A stretch of 64,000 nucleotides of DNA from an uncultured Saprospiraceae bacterium (GTDB lineage: Bacteria > Actinomycetota > Acidimicrobiia > Spongiisociales > UBA5794), in the NCBI GenBank assembly GCA_964195515.1, contig CAXMQO010000101.1, positions 45,092 to 109,091 on the forward strand. Reading direction: 5' to 3'. This document shows, one piece after another, positions 60,045 to 64,000 of the stretch. The position numbers and the translations under genes were made by a program. Below the pieces are notes generated by a model. It saw only the letters and a list, made by a program, of their open reading frames with translations, did no database searches and was not told where the DNA came from. Numbering within the stretch: position 1 is the stretch's first letter; each line of letters begins with the position of its first letter.

Positions 60045-63000
60045 ATGGCAACGAACAGCAACACACTCGCACAGACGCTCGCTGCCTATGTCCCAGCGTT
60101 CGTGGCCCGGCAGTTGGCGGCAGACCCGACATCGATCCCCGTCCCTTCGGCGCAACGGGTGGAAGGTGTCTGTCTATTCGTCGATATTGCCGGTTTCACT
60201 CCGCTGACCGAAGAACTTTCCCGCCTCGGGACGGTCGGGGCGGAGAAGATGGCCGGTGTCCTCAACGAAACGTTCCAGCCCATGCTCTCGACGTGTGCCG
60301 CCCAGGGGGGAGAGGTCGTCGACTTCGCCGGTGATGCGATCTTCGTGATCTGGTGGGCCGTCGAAGGTGGCATGGACGATGCGGCGCTGCGGGCGACCCA
60401 GTGTGCGCTCGCGCTCCAGGATCTCGTCGCCAACCGGGCAGGCCCGGATGATCGAGACGTGTCCGTCAAGATCACCGTCACCGGCGGACCTCTCGACGTT
60501 CTGTATGTTGGTGGCGCAGGCGGGAGGAAACACAGCACGGTGGTCGGCGCCGCGATCCAGCGCCTCGCCGGTCTCGAGGCGGACGCGAATCCGGGCGCGG
60601 TCGTGGTCGGACCTGAGGTGGCGACGCTCCTCCACGACCGATACGACGGTCGGCCGACCGAGGCAAGCAATGTCATCGTCCACCGTCTTCGCACCTCCAT
60701 TCCCATTCAGCCTGTCGACCCCGCGGACATCTCCGCCACCGCGGAGAAAGGGCTACGGGAGTTCGTGTCCGAAGCGATCCCCCTGCGCCTCAGCGCCGGT
60801 CAGGACGAGTGGTTGGCGGAATTCAGAAGGGTCACCTCCGTCTTCGTGAACCTGTTCGGGATCGGATCTGACGTGTCCGGCGATGTGGACGAACTACACG
60901 ACGTCGTTCGGGCCATCCAAGTGATCGTCCAACGATTCAAGGGTTCGATCCACAAGGTGATGGATGGCGACAAGGGGGTGGTGGTGCTTGCGACGTTCGG
61001 TCTACCGCCGCATGCACATGAAGACGACGCGGCACGTGGCGTCCTGACCGCCATCGAGATCGAAGACACCGTCGCCGGCCTGGGCCTACGGAGCGGCATC
61101 GGAATCTCAACCGGTCGGGTGTTCGCCGGCCCGATCGGCGGCGACCTGCGGCGCGACTACACGGTCATCGGGGATGCGGTGAATGTTGCAGCTCGGTTGA
61201 TGCAGGCCGCACCGGACGACATTCTGTGCGACGAGGCAACGGCACGGTCTTTCACGACCATTGGCTACGAGGCCATTGGACCGATGAGCGTCAAAGGCAA
61301 AGCCGAACCGGTTGGAGTGTTTCGACCCGAGGGAGGCACGCCCCGTCCGCTCGGCGATGGATCGGGATCGACTCCGATCGTGGGACGGGTTGCAGAACGC
61401 GGTGTCCTGTCTGGACTGCTCGACCGTCTCGGCAACGGTGCCGGAGGCGGAGTGGTACTCGTGGAGGGGGAAGCGGGCATCGGCAAGACCCGATTGCTCC
61501 AGGACTTCGCCGAGCACTCGGAATCCAGGAGCTTCCGTATCTTCACCGGTGCAGGGAGCGCAATCGAGACATCGACACCGTATCTCGTGTGGAGGACGGT
61601 GCTGGCCGACATCCTCGACCTCGCCAACGTGCCCGACAACGCCGGGGCGAAGCGACGCCACGTCCTCCGCTGGTTCCGCTCGAACGACCTCCCTCTCGAG
61701 TCGGCGCCGCTGCTGAACGACGTAATGGGCATGGAACTTCCCGAGCCGGCCGGTGTCTCGCCGTGGACAGATGCGCTGCGTGCGGATGCGGTCCGGGAAC
61801 TCGTGGTTGACGTCGTGGCAGCCGGGGTTGGTCGCGACCCTGCGGTGATCATCCTTGAAGACGGCCATCACTTCGATACGGCATCCTGGTCGGCGATTTC
61901 GGCCGTTCAGGACCGGATCTCCACCATTGTCATCGCCGTGGGTCTCCGAGGTATCTCAGGGGAGACCACCGCTCCCGTCCCGGACGCCGTCCGAATCGTT
62001 CTCGACAAACTGGATGCGGATGACACGTTCACGCTGGTTGAGCAGCGGCTCCGCGTCACCCGGCTCCCCGCACCATTGAGGGAGGTCATCACCGAACGAA
62101 CGGGCGGTCATCCGTTGTTCAGCGAGGAGCTCGCGATCTCGCTCCGCGATTCGGGGATCATCGTCGTCGAGGACGGGGAATGCCGCCTCACGGCCTCTCC
62201 GTCAGAACTCGCCAACCTCGCCATACCGGAGACGGTCCAGGGTGTCGTCACCAGCCGGATCGACCGGATGTCACCTGCCGCGCAGACGCTGATCAAGATC
62301 GCCAGCGTCGTCGGTGCACAGTTCAACGAGAATCTCCTCCTCCAGATCCATCCGACAGAGAAGGACTCGAGGATCCTCCACGAATCAATGGTTGAACTCG
62401 AGCAGCGTTCGTTTGTCATGCTCGAAGGACCTGGAGAAGGATCGTATGTGTTCAAACACGCGGTGATCAGGGACGTCGCGTACGAAGCGCTGCCGTATGC
62501 GCAGCGGCGCCGACTCCACCGCGCTGTTGCCGTGTCGCTCGAAACGATGGCGCAGGCGGGATCGGTGCGGGATGCTCCGCTGCTTGGGCATCACTGGTTG
62601 CAGGCGGCGGGCGACGGGTCCGATGACGAAGAGGCGCTCCGTCGGGCGAAGGAGCACTTGACGGAGGCGGGCCGGATCGCACTGCGGCAGGGTGCCTTCG
62701 CAGAGGGGGAGACGTTCCTTCGCGACGCACTGTCCTGTTTCGACCGTCTCCCGACTGAGGAACGGGAGGCGTTGCGTGAACTCGAGATCCTCCAACCGCT
62801 GAGCACCGCGACGTTTGCCACGAACGGATACGGATCTGGCGTGACTCGTGCCGTCGCGGAGCGAGCGTTTCGCGTTGCCGACGGACTCGTCGACGGATCG
62901 GAGCTGTTCCCGATCCTGTGGAACCTGTGGATCACGACCCACTTCTCATTCGCCACCGACAGGGCCGTTGAGCTCGGTGACCGGCTTCTGGTCATTGCCG

Positions 63001-63926
63001 AAGATGACGGCGACGACGAGTTGCGTATGCAGGCGCATCACGCGCTCTGGACGACCCTCATCCAAGTCCCCGTCTATCCGCGGGCTATTGAGCATCTTGG
63101 GGAGGGAGCCAACCTGTATCGACCGGAATGGCACGAACGACACTGTGCCGTTTTCGGCGGTCACGACCCCGGCTCGTGTGCCCAACGGGCGCTGGCCCTC
63201 ACGCTGTGGGCGACGGGACACCCGGATCAGGCTGTTGCCGCCGGCGAGGAGGCGGTCCGTCTCGCCCAGGATCATGCGTTCTCGGTGATGACGGCCCGTC
63301 TCGCTCTTGCGTTCGTTCACCGCGAACGGGGGGATCTCGAAGCAACCGAACGGGAGGCGGAGGCGCTCATCGGCCTGGCCATCGAGTGGGACCTCCCTGC
63401 AAACATCGACTGGGCCTCGATCCTTGTCGCGTGGGCACGGGGACGGCGGGGGAGCATCGGCGTGGCGATCACCGAGATCTCTGAGATCGCAGATCGCCTC
63501 GGTATGAGAGACCCCGGGTACCTGGCGATGCTCGTCGAGTTGCTCCTCGTCGATGGTCGTACAGTGGAAGGCCTGGCCCTGGTCGACGATCTACTCGTCG
63601 TTGTCGACGAGAAGGACCACCGCCAGTACGAAGCCGAACTACACCGACTCCGTGGAGAGTTGTTGCTGCTGAGGGCCCCGGGTGAGGCGGATCGTGCTGA
63701 GGCAGAGCATTCGATGCGGCGAGCCGCCTCGGTCGCGGTGGCGCAGGGGGCCGTGTCGTTTGAGTTGCGGGCACGTATGTCCCTCGTGCGTTTCCACGAG
63801 GGAACGGACCGATCCGATCAGGCGATCAGTGAATTGCGGGATACCTACGAGCGTTTCGACGAGGGGTTCACGACTGAGGACCTCGTTGCCGCCCACGCCT
63901 TGATCGAGGTCGCGACGACGCAGTGA
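60045..63926 (+). CDS. Tandem class III adenylate/guanylate cyclase domains fused to STAND (AAA_16) NTPase and TPR-like C-terminal region
   Basis: CHD1 has both metal Asp (FVDIAGFT, GDAIF). CHD2 has FVNLFGI...GDKGVV...GDAVNVAARL. P-loop VVLVEGEAGIGKTRLL. Long alpha-helical repeat tail. No LuxR HTH seen. Confidence 0.8.
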   Translation: MATNSNTLAQTLAAYVPAFVARQLAADPTSIPVPSAQRVEGVCLFVDIAGFTPLTEELSRLGTVGAEKMAGVLNETFQPMLSTCAAQGGEVVDFAGDAIFVIWWAVEGGMDDAALRATQCALALQDLVANRAGPDDRDVSVKITVTGGPLDVLYVGGAGGRKHSTVVGAAIQRLAGLEADANPGAVVVGPEVATLLHDRYDGRPTEASNVIVHRLRTSIPIQPVDPADISATAEKGLREFVSEAIPLRLSAGQDEWLAEFRRVTSVFVNLFGIGSDVSGDVDELHDVVRAIQVIVQRFKGSIHKVMDGDKGVVVLATFGLPPHAHEDDAARGVLTAIEIEDTVAGLGLRSGIGISTGRVFAGPIGGDLRRDYTVIGDAVNVAARLMQAAPDDILCDEATARSFTTIGYEAIGPMSVKGKAEPVGVFRPEGGTPRPLGDGSGSTPIVGRVAERGVLSGLLDRLGNGAGGGVVLVEGEAGIGKTRLLQDFAEHSESRSFRIFTGAGSAIETSTPYLVWRTVLADILDLANVPDNAGAKRRHVLRWFRSNDLPLESAPLLNDVMGMELPEPAGVSPWTDALRADAVRELVVDVVAAGVGRDPAVIILEDGHHFDTASWSAISAVQDRISTIVIAVGLRGISGETTAPVPDAVRIVLDKLDADDTFTLVEQRLRVTRLPAPLREVITERTGGHPLFSEELAISLRDSGIIVVEDGECRLTASPSELANLAIPETVQGVVTSRIDRMSPAAQTLIKIASVVGAQFNENLLLQIHPTEKDSRILHESMVELEQRSFVMLEGPGEGSYVFKHAVIRDVAYEALPYAQRRRLHRAVAVSLETMAQAGSVRDAPLLGHHWLQAAGDGSDDEEALRRAKEHLTEAGRIALRQGAFAEGETFLRDALSCFDRLPTEEREALRELEILQPLSTATFATNGYGSGVTRAVAERAFRVADGLVDGSELFPILWNLWITTHFSFATDRAVELGDRLLVIAEDDGDDELRMQAHHALWTTLIQVPVYPRAIEHLGEGANLYRPEWHERHCAVFGGHDPGSCAQRALALTLWATGHPDQAVAAGEEAVRLAQDHAFSVMTARLALAFVHRERGDLEATEREAEALIGLAIEWDLPANIDWASILVAWARGRRGSIGVAITEISEIADRLGMRDPGYLAMLVELLLVDGRTVEGLALVDDLLVVVDEKDHRQYEAELHRLRGELLLLRAPGEADRAEAEHSMRRAASVAVAQGAVSFELRARMSLVRFHEGTDRSDQAISELRDTYERFDEGFTTEDLVAAHALIEVATTQ

Positions 63927-64000
63927 ACCCTCAGGACCCGGCTGCCCAGTCGTCGACGAGGCGGTGCATCGTCGCCATCGGAACCGATCCGGAACCGAGC

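Overview
This is high-GC actinobacterial chromosomal DNA covering the replication-origin neighbourhood. Gene order closely mirrors the mycobacterial oriC region: cca, rnhA, an MviN-type pseudokinase, sigM-like ECF sigma factor plus anti-sigma, trxB, trxA, cwlM, parB, parA, rsmG, jag, yidC, yidD, rnpA, rpmH, then dnaA, dnaN, recF, dciA, gyrB, gyrA and a DUF3566 protein. The dnaA-dnaN spacer carries DnaA-box-like 9-mers and an AT-rich stretch, which is the likely oriC. Downstream there is a cobalamin-riboswitch-like leader in front of a btuFCD-type ABC importer, then assorted transporters and enzymes (VIT1, AI-2E, CrtI-like oxidoreductase, MFS, PAP2, Usp, FMN reductase, thiolase) and tRNA-Ile and tRNA-Ala. 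After that comes the conserved actinobacterial division and signalling block: crgA, sortase, trpG, a MutY-like glycosylase, pknB, pbpA, rodA, pstP, fhaB, fhaA and tRNA-Leu. The window ends with serS, all four tRNA-Ser isoacceptors with conserved GC-rich hairpin repeats, tadA, an esterase, an orphan OppA-like binding protein and a 1293-aa tandem-cyclase/STAND NTPase protein. No transposases, phage genes or CRISPR arrays were seen. The most unusual sequence-level signals are as follows. Many intergenic spacers consist of degenerate period-7/8 tandem repeats, including one ~75-nt palindromic element present in two inverted copies. There is a PilT-like ATPase with degenerate catalytic motifs. There is a stand-alone MviN-type pseudokinase. 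rnpA has its conserved N-terminus upstream of any canonical start codon. The serine decoding cluster is dense and repeat-decorated. Several spurious antisense ORFs (up to 642 aa) in the six-frame track were rejected. Coordinates derived by manual counting may be off by 1-2 nt.
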